Positions 1 through 32,200 of a stretch of DNA of 64,000 nt are shown piece by piece. The translations under genes and the position numbers were made by a program. Origin of the DNA: Antedon mediterranea (taxonomy: Eukaryota > Animalia > Echinodermata); contig NC_092676.1 in the NCBI RefSeq assembly GCF_964355755.1, positions 24,260,871-24,324,870 on the forward strand, read 5' to 3'. How positions within the stretch are numbered: position 1 is the stretch's first letter; each line of letters opens with the position of its first letter. Under the pieces are notes generated by a model. That model was not told the DNA's origin and did not search any database. It saw nothing but the letters and a program-made list of their open reading frames with translations.

Positions 1-47
1 ATATTATTTTTCATCATAAATTTGATGATGATTTTCATGATATATAC

Positions 48-605
48 CTCAGGTCCATCTGCCAAATCAAAATCAACCCTAAACCACTCGGCAAGGATTT
101 CTTCTGGTGTCTTCGCTTTCCATCCTATGTTTCGGAGGCCTAGTGATAAAGAAATATCCGCCTCATCATCTTTTATGTATTTCTCGCCCAAAGTGATAAC
201 ATCATTTAATTTATCATCAAATCTTTCAAGCGCAAGTTTATAGTCGTCGGTCACATCCGCGCCTTTATCCGTCAGAGCTATGAGGTCTTCAAAATCAGAT
301 CGCCTGGTATTCATATCAATTGCTTTAGCAAGTTCTTCAAGCTTTGATCCAACTGGGTGTATCCAGTTGGCACCCATCTCTACAACTTCATCCAGTATAC
401 GTTCGTTATGAACTCTGCCACCGTAATAATCCTCCGCCTCCAAAATGATGAAGTCATTCTCGCCCTTGTAATGTAAAGTCTGAGCGGCGTTGAGACCCGA
501 CGCTCCAGCTCCAAGAATCAAAACCTTTGTATCAGCTGAATCGGTCTTCTTTGTAATCGTTAGCGTTATTATCGCAATAGCGAGATAACAGTTTATTAAA
601 GACAT
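48..605 (-). CDS. Polyamine oxidase / flavin amine oxidase, first coding exon (gene continues beyond the window start)
   Basis: ATG at 605-603; 186 open codons MSLINCYLAIAIITLTITKKTDSADTKVLILGAGASGLNAAQTL...FIILEAEDYYGGRV...VEMGANWIH...RSDFEDL...EWFRVDFDLADGPE, then donor GAG|GTATAT at 48/47. GxGxxG FAD motif, GGR and ExGAxW motifs of amine oxidases; hydrophobic N-terminus. Absent from the ORF track because the frame has no stop inside the window. Confidence 0.9.
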
Positions 606-1109
606 AACTATTTATAATACGTTTGCGCGACCATCAAACATAAACAGATGATAGTAAAGATGGTAAAATGCCTTCAGTGTTCGCTCCCAATCGAACGGTT
701 GTACTGGCTGGTATAAGTCTATATATACTATAGATTCCAGAACGATGACAAATTCAATGCTCCTTGCATCACAATACCTATTGTTACCACGACCTCTGAC
801 GCTTTTAGTGGTTGGTTTTGTTTGTCGCTGGTATTGTTTTCGTTGAATGAAGCGAGAAACCTATATAGTTATTATAATGAGGCTAATATGTGTATTCAAA
901 ATACGTTGGGAAACACCATTTTGAAACTCAATCTCCCGTGGAGACAACGATTGTAACAACAAAGCATGCGCACTTCTACTTAACAGTTGAGTAAGTTTAG
1001 CTCCAAGCTCAGTGCTGCACAAGATGCCGCGGTAGGCGTGGTCGTATCCAGGGCAGCTTCCACCACCAAAACAAAACAAAAATTCTTACAATATTTTTTT
1101 TGAAAATTC

Positions 1110-1325
1110 CATTTTAATGTCACATTAATCGTCATCCACTTTGACTAATAAATTGGATCGAAAAAACGATTTACTTGAAAAAACTTTAATAGGCCTAAAG
1201 CAAAAAATATTCAAATTGGCTGCCAGTCAATGTAATTTTGAATTTAACCATTTATTTTCTCATTTTATAAGTGAAAACATTTGTTTTCCAATGAAAGAGA
1301 TTTACTCTATTAAAACTACAAAATA
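1110..1325. repeat. Degenerate dispersed repeat, second copy ~21522-21725
   Basis: Shared blocks aaagcaaaa..caaattg..agtcaat..ttttataagtgaaaacat at both sites. Confidence 0.5.
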
Positions 1326-1409
1326 ACCTATTCAGAGTCTGATTTAATTAATTTTCATTTTTGTTTTGGGAGACCATATCTTTAACTGAACAATAAAAAA
1401 TGACACCAA

Positions 1410-1765
1410 TATGCGCTAAAGAAACTAATAAAAATGAAATGTTTGAAGTCGGTCTATAATAGGCCTACGAATAAACAACTTAAAGGTAATTTAGTTTTGA
1501 ATTAACTTTAAAAGATCGTACGCCTACTACCCTATAATTAAAAGTGTTGTCATAGGTTGAAATCCGTTTCAGTTTTATTCTTATTCTATGCGCTAAAGAA
1601 ACTAATAAAAATTAAATGTTTGAAGTCGGTCTATAGGCCTACGAAGTAGGCCTATAAACAACTTAAAGGTAATTTAGTTTTGAATTAACTTTAAAAGATC
1701 ATAAGCCTACTACCCTATAATTAAAAGTGTTGTCATAGGTTGAAATCCGTTTCAGTTTTATTCTT
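1410..1765. repeat. Direct tandem duplication, ~178 bp x2
   Basis: tatgcgctaaagaaactaataaaaat...tttcagttttattctt starts at 1410 and again at 1587. Confidence 0.9.
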
Positions 1766-2506
1766 TTTTTTTTTTACAAAAGGCCGCCTACTAATATAAG
1801 AAGGAAATGCATGAAAGTGAGATTAAAGAATGCAATATTAATTTGTTGAAATATGTAAGTTTACGTTTGATCTGGGTCACGAAAGAAGCAATCCGTTTTA
1901 ATTTGAATTTGCAAGTTTTTAGTTCAAAAGCAAGGTTTCGGATAATGATTCATAACCATTACTTTTGGAACAGAAAACGATAGTTAATTAATCAATATGC
2001 GATGTTTTTTTTTATATTGTCTTCATATTGTTATCTTAATTGTTAGGCTACAGTATGTTAATTCTATATAATATTTTTTAAGACGCCTAAATGTGAAATA
2101 ACAAACGATTCATTTCTCTTATATTGTGTAATCAATTATCAATATAAACTAGTTTTAATCGAGCCATATCATGGAAAATATAATTCTTACCTTTTTCTCA
2201 GTGTGATTGTGAACCCATCGCCCCTCTCCCATTCACACTTATTTTATCCTTAGTTAGCGTTATTTTTGTGATAGGCCTATATATACTTTAATTTAATTCA
2301 GGTATAAATTTATGCGAATTCCAAATTCTTTTCCATATAAATTGACATCCGCCCCCACACAGTCAAAATGAGTCAGAGAGAGAACTACCAGCGATATAAA
2401 TTTTGAGTACGAACTTTGCACTGTCGCTTTGGGAGGATCTTTAGTTTTGTCACCTCCTTTTATAATTGGATAATATTTTGCATGTGACAATTGTTTTTAA
2501 GCCAAT

Positions 2507-21947
<19,441 letters not shown>

Positions 21948-21953
<6 letters not shown>

Positions 21954-22155
21954 CTGGCTGCCATTTTGTGTCCAAAGCTTCAATTGGAGGTTTTTGCTTT
22001 ATGAAGACCTAACTAGTTGCCATTTTGTGTCCAAATCTTCACATGGACATTTGACTTTATGAAGACCTGACTGGCTGCCATTTTGTGTCCAAATCTTCAC
22101 ATGGACATTTAACTTTAAGAAGACCTATCTGGCTGCCATTTTGTGTCCAAAGCTT
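21948..22155 (+). repeat. 58-59 bp tandem repeat x3.5 starting at the SNX stop codon
   Basis: Units begin at 21948, 22007, 22065, 22123 with acct.actggctgccattttgtgtccaaa. Confidence 0.9.
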
Positions 22156-25100
22156 GGACGCATTGCTATTGTTAAAACTTTACCAAATGAAAAAAATTAA
22201 TATTGTCTATAGAAGAAATTCTTATGTATCAAAGAGTTGCAAAGAGAAAGCTGTATTGCTGTGAGTAAATTGGGACAGCTTATTTACCATCAACAAATCT
22301 ATGTTTTTTAATTTACTCGTAAAATACTCTTTAATAGGTAAAATAATCATTGCTTTGGTATTTTGGAGTTAATACCATTTTCTGCGGGATAACTCAAGTT
22401 CTACCACAGAGGCTTCTGGAAACCAACCTCTTCAAATGATGTTGCCAACGAGTACACATTCTTCTCTACTTGATAAACAATGTCTGGACACCCCAATCGG
22501 CGTTGCGCAAATGTACCTTGAGATTTTCCCTTGTCATTCTAAATTAAGGCTAACAGCGATTTGTAATCACTATGTGGTATAGTGTAGTGTAAATGCTAAT
22601 TTACACAGACAAGCGATATTATTATTTATGACCATTTACACAAAACACAGAGCAAACGGACAGTTTCCATTCAGGATAGATACATATTCTATGAGGGACT
22701 AGCTTAGTTTTCCGCTTACCATTAATGATCAACTGTGTAAAAATTGGCCTTAATAGGTTTAGATGTACAAAAGTACCTCCTACATACCCATTTTCAACAG
22801 TTACATAAAAACTTTCCTACCCATTGTGATTGAGTGCTTTATTATTTATCATCATTACGAACGAAACACAATCGGACAAAACTACAAATGCATTCAACAG
22901 GTTGTGAACTCCGAAAACACCCCTACTCCTTTTTCCTCAGAAAAATATGTGAATTATAACTTTATCGATAACTCCTTTTAATCCTTACTACATCACAACC
23001 GTTGTTTTATACGATTTAAACATTTAATCCAAAAAATTAAATATGTTGTATTTTTCTACTTTAGTCAATCAAAAAGACTGCATGACAATTCTTATAATTA
23101 TTTATATATTACTTACAATATTATAATATACGTTTTACCATGAAATATTGCTACATTTATCTGGATGAATAACAATATTTTTTAGCATTTGTACAACTTT
23201 TTCCTGGATAATTATACAAGTATTCAACATGCAAGCACAAATTAAAACTTACTGATAATAATGTTCTGCAATCTTCAATAAAACAGCTATAAATCAGATA
23301 TATAGAAAGATGCATGTTTGGCTTCAGTTATTGCAGTAATTTTTTCTAGTTGCTGCAGTAATTTTGCTTTGTAATGTTCACTGAATAATTTCATATTTAC
23401 AATATCTGATAGCATACAGTAAATTGGCAACAACCATAGAAATATTATAATAATTTATTTCTATGCTAAAATACAGTAAATTCTTTTTCTTTAACGTTTT
23501 AGTTAACTGTATTCATTGTAACAGATGCTGATATCATGAAGTTGGACTATACCCATTGCGGATATAATTTAGTACTAATCAAATTCTTTGTCAATGTTTT
23601 CAATAAATGGTTTTATAAGTATATTTCTTTGTAGGGTTAAATCTTTTTTATTTCATTTTTAAAAGAAGTTGTAGCATATAAATGGTATTGAAGTTCTGAA
23701 CGACCTTTAACTTTTGGTAGTGTAAATAAAGACTGTATAGAGAATAAATTTTACAACAAGTTTGTGTACTGTGTATATATATACATTTCTGAAGCTATCT
23801 TTAAAGTAATATATATGAAAGATAATCAAAACTTTTAGTACGTCATTTATATCTTGAATATTATAAATACTAATTTTAATAAACTCTACTGTAATTTTTT
23901 TAGTTTTCTCACTGTAACTACCAAACAATATTTAGTTTCACCAAGAAGTGCCGTATGTAATCAAATAACCGATTTTTTCACGATTGAGTATACTAAAAAA
24001 AAGCAGCACTAGTGTTGCCGAGTCCTTTGTCGAAACATTGGAATCGCCACACTATGCCATAATTATTTAGTTCATATATGGTACTTCAATAGTTATAATT
24101 TAGTAAATATTATATTAATTTCATTTTTATTTTCAGCCTATTTCAGTAGATGGCAACCTTGCTTTACAAGATTAGGCCCCATTGAACAAAACAAGAAATC
24201 ATTATCATATTTTCTATATCTCTTATCAATTTCTGTAACTACTGATGTGTTTAAAATAAATATGACACAGTGTATAAGATAATTTGTGAAGATTTTTTTT
24301 TATTGTATTAGTGAGTTTATTAAGCTGTTTGAATAATGACAACTAGACTTTTTGTGACACTGGTTCAATCCATCTTATCTATTTCACCTTTTTTTCTAAG
24401 AAATCATAAATACTACTGATAACCTTGTATTTATTTTATTTCTATATTGCAGTTACAAACTAACATGAGCATCATTTATTATTACGTATTAAGTATAAAT
24501 ATTTGTATTACTCATTTTGTTTACGGTTAAAATTAAGTTTACTTAAAATTAACTTTGTATTTAAATCAGGTATGTCTAGTCTACCAAAATGAACTTCGAA
24601 AATGTTGGTGTTTCTACCTCGCTGCGCGCATGGGGGTATCGAGACTACTGTTTGTTATTCGGCCAACTTAGGGAGACTCTTTACAACTTTTATAGAAATG
24701 ATGCGCCTAATATAAATGCATAATTTATAATTGTGCGTCTCAAAAGCACTTTAATTTAGATATTTAAATATTGGATGAACGACGTGTGACTTGGGGTCAT
24801 TATGGGTTCGAAGAATGGGGAAGATAAACAAAAAACGAGAGGGAGTGTATCACAATTGATGTACTATTAAAACTGCGGAAAAACTGGGCCTATTTAAAGT
24901 CTTCACATTTTTTTTAATTAATCATTTTGTTCATGTTTTTTGGGGACACGTCACATCTTTAAAGTATTGGTACAAGATCGATTTGACATTCAAATTAGGC
25001 AAACATGATTCATGGGTTACTTAGATCGTAGACCGTATTGAAAGCAAATTGGATCCTAAAAGGTTGCCGTGACATTTAAAAGTTCCACATAGATAAAACC

Positions 25101-26086
25101 CCGAATTCGCAACACGACCCCGAGATACGATCATATTTGATTTTAATATTCTATTAATATCATACTTTTACATTTTGGTCACCCTTACCCTAATCCAAAA
25201 TACTAATTACCGTCAACAATATTCATCAGTTAATCGTTTGCTAATAATTTACAATTAATACAAAGATACAAACTATCTACTTTAAAAGTTCTATGTATAC
25301 CAACAATAATCAGGGCAGGGCCATATTTTAGTATGTTCCGTTCCAAAGCAAATACACTGGTTACATCATTTGATATATTTTGTACTGCCTATGTCTCAAC
25401 AGTTTTATATGTTTTTGGCTGCCATAGACGACAATGATGTAGTCATATTGTGTTTACGGTTGCTTATGATTTAAAACAACAAAAATAACCAACGACCGTA
25501 TTTTGAAACCTAACTTAACAACCGACGTCATTTTAATTCATATACCGAACTAAATCTGCGAGGAGTGAATCAAATCAATGTCAATTAAATTGAGGCGGAA
25601 GAAAGAAAATATATGTTGGTTTTCATAATAAGTGCACATAAAATGTGTCTTCGTATTTTAACTCGCATATTTTTTTCTATACCTAACTTCAATTGTGCCA
25701 AAATGCTTATTATTTTACTTTTTATTATATTTTTTAACTTAAATCAAAAATGTTCGTAAGAAGAAGGACCAAGGAATCCGAATTCCATCCCTAAGCTTGT
25801 AGAAAAATATTTTGAAATATTAGTCTCGCTTGGTCCAGACAATACCCAAAGCTCATCGTCACATAATTAAATTTATCTCAAGCATTGTTCAACGTGATTG
25901 AAAATACCTTTTAATACTTCATGAACAATTATGTTATTATCTTGGAGGTTTAAATTTGGTAAAAACACGACATAATTTATGTTTTCCAAGAAATCTAACA
26001 TGTCCAAGACCACGTTTATTGTCCCGAATAATGCCTCCGCGGTTCCGATTTTGACGACGCGCGGGTTGTTTATTAGAACTTTTGTT

Positions 26087-26109
26087 GTGTGTGTGTGTGT
26101 GTGTGTGTG
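26087..26109. repeat. (GT)n microsatellite
   Basis: About 11 GT units. Confidence 0.9.
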
Positions 26110-26227
26110 GGTTTGCGGAGCGGATGCAACATTTACATTTTCGCACCACTTGTTTTGTGTTGCTTTGGTGACAGTAAATTTATGTCACATTATTATCTGA
26201 CAATTTTTTTGAATTTCCCAATCCTAG

Positions 26228-29200
26228 ATGAAGTGTGAATTGTGTAAAGTAGAAGTCGGTAATGAATTGGGACTACAGGAGCATTATCTAGTTGAGTGCC
26301 CTCGTTTGACCTCGAATCCAGGCCTGACAGCAGAGCAAGACGAGCAACAGGAGGAAGGGCTGGAAGAGGATATGGCACGGCCCGTGCAAACTGCAAGCTC
26401 AAAAACAAAGGCCTCGGAGTTTGGGGGTAGGCCTAACTCCGAAGATTTCTATTACAGTAGAGGCGCTACAGGGGATGAAAATGGTAAGTATTTATGTGAT
26501 GTTATCATATCTTAATTCTTTTAAAAATGATTATTTATTTTTAGCCCACGCACGTTTTTTATTGTGTTTGACACTCCATTCTACTATTCTATTCTATTCT
26601 AGTCTAGCCTAGTCTGCCCCCAACAAACAGGCAAGATTGCTAACTTTGTATAGTGTAGAATTAGAGGCCTACCTTGTGGACTACTACTACTAGCTAGGCC
26701 TAGGCTAGAACTACTGCTATGATTTGAAGGATTTTCCTTCCCTGTGTATAATGTTTATCAAATCTACCATACACTACAGCTGAACCCTATGATGGGACAC
26801 AGTCTTCAAGTCCAAAGTTGTGTCCCCTGAATATGAGCTGGTGATAGTGAAAAAACATACAAAACAGTATTGCTTTTTGTTTCATAAGAAAGTGTGCCTT
26901 TAGGGTTCTACTATCTGTAGTCTATAATTGATTTTGTGTTTATTAAATAATCATTTTAAAGCCCCCTTCCCTACGTTTTTTAGATCTAATTTAAGATCAC
27001 AAACTATATTTAATGTAAAAATAATACTATATGGTCCTATTGCGATAACTTTTTTCGTCTTTAAACGGTTAAAAATGTGAAAAATAAGTCGATTCTAATA
27101 ATTATAGCGGCCCGCTATAAATCCCAAAATGCATTGCGCGCGGATTGATATTTTTGTTTTTCACCTGTAATTCGCCCACTTTTCGATCGATCGTGAGGCC
27201 AAAACAAATGGAAGACTCCTAACTTTTCAGCGAAAATACCGGGTTTTCCCCAATTTGTATCAACGGAGTCTGGCAAAAATAGAAAGACAATTAATGCAGC
27301 AACTATACAACGTCAGGCTAGGTATATAGCTAGCGTACGATGTTCGTACGTTACCGATGTTTACCAGCTAGGCCTACAAAACTAAGCCTAGCTAGGCTAG
27401 GCCTAAGACCGTCCACGAGAGGTCGATCGCCGCGAGCTACTTAGGTAGTACATTGTTTCTCACTTTTTATCATAATTTACCATAAAACGTACATTTAAGA
27501 CAAGGAATGACATGGTTTAATGTTTTTAAAGTGATATATAATATATGTATTATTTTCCAAAAAACGTCCAAAATTGCAGGGAAGGGGTCTTTAATTAATT
27601 CTTTTTACCTCCATAATTGAATGGCTCAACAACTCATCATGAAATGTTATTTATAAATTGTGTGTTTGTTTTTTTAATGTTTATAGGAAAAAAAGGAATG
27701 GCAAATGTTGTATTCCGTTGGTACAAAACAATCCAAGTGAGCGGTGATGAGATTCATCTTCTAACATCCTATGGAAATGTAAGAATCATTTAGTGTACTA
27801 TAAGCTCTGTCTACACTTATCAAACTAATAAAAAATAGTATGATGTGCCCGAATATGGTAGTGATATGCACAAATATGACATAATCATATCCATATAAAT
27901 GAACACATCAGATTTTGTTGTCACATCAAATTTGATAGTGTAGACAGAGATTAATAAATATCTACTATACCGTCTTTCACACCTGATCCAGTCTGGCTCT
28001 GGTTTAATTCAATTCAATCTCATTAAGATACATCATATCGAACGTAATAACAAAAGTGAGAGTTTAAATAAAAGAAGAATGCACTTATGCTGGAGAAACT
28101 TCCAGGTTCGCACCAGACTTTGCATACAGCATTAAAAACATGAAGAAGCGGTTTTACTTGCCATGCCATACCCAGAGCTAGAACCAAAGCAGGCCCTTAA
28201 TGTAGATTTACAAGGGCATGCTAAAAGCTTTGGTAAGTCCAAGTGTATTGTCAAGTAATTTAAATGTTTTCAAAAGTAACTTTAAGGCATTACTGTAGTT
28301 TAACTTTTATTGTGTTACTAACTGTTATTTTTATATTTTAGTTTAAAATGTACTATTGTACCCAGGGCCCCAAGGGAGACCAGTCTTTTTGACTGATTGG
28401 GCCACCCTGGTTAAATATTGTTAATAAATAAATAAATAAATAAAATATTTAAAACCTATGAAACTATGAACAAATTTGGAGGGTTCTAGGTCAAACCCAG
28501 ATAATTGTTTGCCATTGCTGCTTGCCACAATACTGTACTCAGTATAAATAAATTGGTCATGGAGATGTATGGTAATGGCTAAAATAAAATGGTGATCCAT
28601 AGTGCAAATACTATTACGGTACATGCTTCATGTTACAAATGTCAAAGTAGATTATTCACAATATTATAAAGAAAGTGTTTATAGCAGAAACAAGTCCCTA
28701 GTACCTTTATATATTTTATATTTATTGATTTTGCAAAATACAGTATGGTTTTTTGTTGAATAAAAGTTTGTATGACCTTACTAATGTACTGTGGGTATTG
28801 AACAATTGGAGTTTGAGGAAGTTGGACAATTGCCAATGTATAATATTGGTGATGGGGAACTTTTAAACAATACCTACAGAGCATAAATCAAGTATATTAT
28901 CGTCATGGGAATGACCATTGTCATGGAGATATGGATAAACAATGAGAAGATCTTTGCTTTATGTTTATACAATAATTTAATTCTATTATTACCGGAGGTT
29001 AATTCGGATGCTAGTATCATATTTACACTGATTTATGCAATAACCAGAAGGTCTACTTAATTAGTTTCAATCACAATAAAAGAAAATCCAAAACAGCCAC
29101 CATGATTTAATTCAAATCCTGTACATAATTATTCAAAAATTGTTTAAAATGAATAAAAAAGGTTTTTTTAGAAAACAAATTGGAAACAATTATTGTTTTC

Positions 29201-32200
29201 ACTTATAAAATGACAAAATAAATGGGAAAATTCAACCAAAAACCCATTGACTAGCTATTAACTATTTTTTGCTTAACATTTTTAGGTAAAAACTTTATTT
29301 TTTTATCCAATTTTTGGTCAAAGTGGATAACTATTTATGTAACATTAAAATGGCATATTATAAAAAAGAGATTTGGAGAATTATTTTTTTCAGGGGACAA
29401 TACATCTTTAATGTAAATAAATATGGAACGCCGTTTACGCAAAATTTCGATGATATGAATTTTATGACGCGATATGTGAATGAAATGCATCGATATGAAT
29501 TAAATGGTGCGATATATGAATGAAATGTTTTGAATTGAATGCTTTGAATTGAATATTTTGAATGAAATGTTTTGAATGAAATGTTTTGAATGAAATGTTT
29601 TGAATGAAATGTTTTAAATGAAATGTTTTGAATGAAATGTTTTGAATGAAATGTTTGAATTGAATTGAAAAGTCAAACTATTGGTGGCGTATGTCATTCT
29701 CGCTCGCGATTATTTTCTCAACCTCTTAGGCCTAAGCCTTGGTACCCTCATCTCCTTTCTTCCACGCTGCCTTTACAGAGAATCCTAACAGACCTGGGTT
29801 CGGAAATATGTATTCCAATGTTTCAGGTCTGTTAGGGAGTCTCTGTAAAGGATTCATATTGATGACAGCATTGAAAGGAGATGAGGGTACCCATGCTTAG
29901 GCCTATTAAGAGGTTGAAAAAAAATCGCGAGCGGGAATGACATACGCCGCCAATAGTTTGACTTTTCAATTCAATTCAAACATTTCATTCAAAACATTTA
30001 ATTCAAAACATTTCATTCAAAACATTTCATTCAAAACATTTTATTCAAAACATTCAATTCAAAACATTTCATTCAAAACATTTCATTCAAAACATTCAAT
30101 TCAAAGCATTCAATTCAAAACATTTCATTCATATATCGCGCCATTCAATTCATATCGATGCATTTCATTCACATATCGCGTCATAAAATTCATATCATCG
30201 AAATGTTGCATAAACGGCGTTCCATAAATAAACAACATACTGTATAATATAACAATATTTTTTTTATATTAAAATACAGTACCTACTGTAGTATTGAGAA
30301 CAAATAAATGAAATGTCCGTATAAAACATGTGCAGATGTTCCATACTTTGGAGCCACTATGGTAGTACACATACAAACAATAAGTTCTTTCTTATCATTG
30401 TTGGTATCACAGATGCTTCTGTTATTAATATAGAGCCCTATTTTGTTGTGTGTGTTTGGCTGTTCAATAGTTTATTGTTTATCTAGTTTCAAGTTTAAAT
30501 ACAATCATGTACTATCAAATTTCTTTATTAAATATTATACACACATTTTTTATTATCTCTGTTAAATTATAGTACTGTTACATGTATACAAATTATTGAT
30601 TGAATGAAAATTATAAACAGAAGCGTTAGTCTAATAATTATTACACAAGTATTATGAATTAATAATATTGATTGGAATGGTAATATTTTATTTATATTTA
30701 ATGTGTACTGTGTACAAACTAGTATCTTGTGTGGGTTTGTATAAAATGATAAGAAGTTAATACGTGTTGATAATACTCGCATCTTATCAAATTATATATT
30801 GATTGGCAAACGAAACTTATTTAATATTTTTAAGGTTACTCAAAAGTGTTGCGTTGGTTTCAACTGCCTTTAATTAGTTTGATTTTGAAATCATTTTTTT
30901 TTAGGGAATATTTGGTCGGAAGGATGGCCGGTATTAAGCTCTCTCCTAACTAAGGAAAGAAATTAGTTGTCTGACTTATCTTTATAATTCATTACACTGT
31001 TTAATATTTATTAAATAAAATCAATTAATAGTCTGACTAATAAAATACCTGTAGATTAAAGTTAAGTTTGAAATTATTCATAAAAGAAAGCCAGCTATCA
31101 ATTCAATTCAATTGGTTCTTTATTGCCACATACAGTATATATTTGAAGATCTGTGTGGAGCAATGTGTACCCTAAAGCTCTGTCTACACTATCATTTTAT
31201 CAAACTTTATGTGACAAAAACAATTTGATGACATGATAATGTCATATCACTACCATATTTGGGCATATCACTACTATATTTGTGCACATCACACATTGTT
31301 AATAGTGTAGACAGAGCTTAAAATATATTGACAATAAAAAATCAAAAAAATCGTTGACAAAACCAATCTTATGCTGTATCACCACACACAGGTACATTGT
31401 TCCCAGAAACCTCCCAGGTAGAATAACAATAACAGCATTGTTTGTTTTTTTAATGTATCATTGTTCGTATGTTTACAGGGAGACCCAGTTGTCCTGAAAT
31501 GGGATTCCAGAGAGGTGCACTTTGCATCTGAGCGTGTTGCAGTACCTGTTGGCAACCACTCGTGTCAACTAGTAATAGGAGATGACATACATGAACTGTC
31601 CTTGTTTAACGTCAAGCTCGTCACCCAAGATGTGACTCTTATTGTTAAATCAAGTGAGCTATTGTTATATTATTATTAATCTCTGTCTACACTATCAAAC
31701 TTTATGTGATAAAACAATGTGATGTGCCCATATATTGATGTCATATCACTCCCATATTTGGGCATATCACTACCATATTTGGGCACATCACACTTTTTTG
31801 TCAAACTAGTTTGATAGTGTAGACAGAGCTTTAGTTGTTATGTTATATTTGAGTTTTCAAAGCAAAAAAACACAAATTAATGCGTATTGTAAATTTCCAT
31901 TATGTTTTTTTTTAAATTTATTAAGTGCATTATTATTACTGTAGTTATTTCAATCCAAAACTGCCGTAGCACAATACAAAATTAACAATTTTGTAAAGCG
32001 CTGCGTATATTATTATTATATCGTTTGGGAAAGGTTGAATAACTAACTAGATAGTTAGTTATTCTCTTATTTAATATTTGATACAATGATTTATCAGTCC
32101 ATTTACATCTCAAGCTTGTTCTACGCATGTTTATCGATTTGTCTTGATCATTACAACGTCCATACAATTTCTTTGTGTTATTGTTTGCATCCATTGCAGC

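Noticed and set aside
22-243. 73-aa plus-strand ORF
   Set aside because: Antisense to the polyamine oxidase exon.
22372-22582. ~70-codon open frame in the SNX 3' region
   Set aside because: No splice signals or recognisable protein similarity.
29937-30227. 96-aa repetitive ORF
   Set aside because: Translation of the 15-bp tandem array inside the foldback element.
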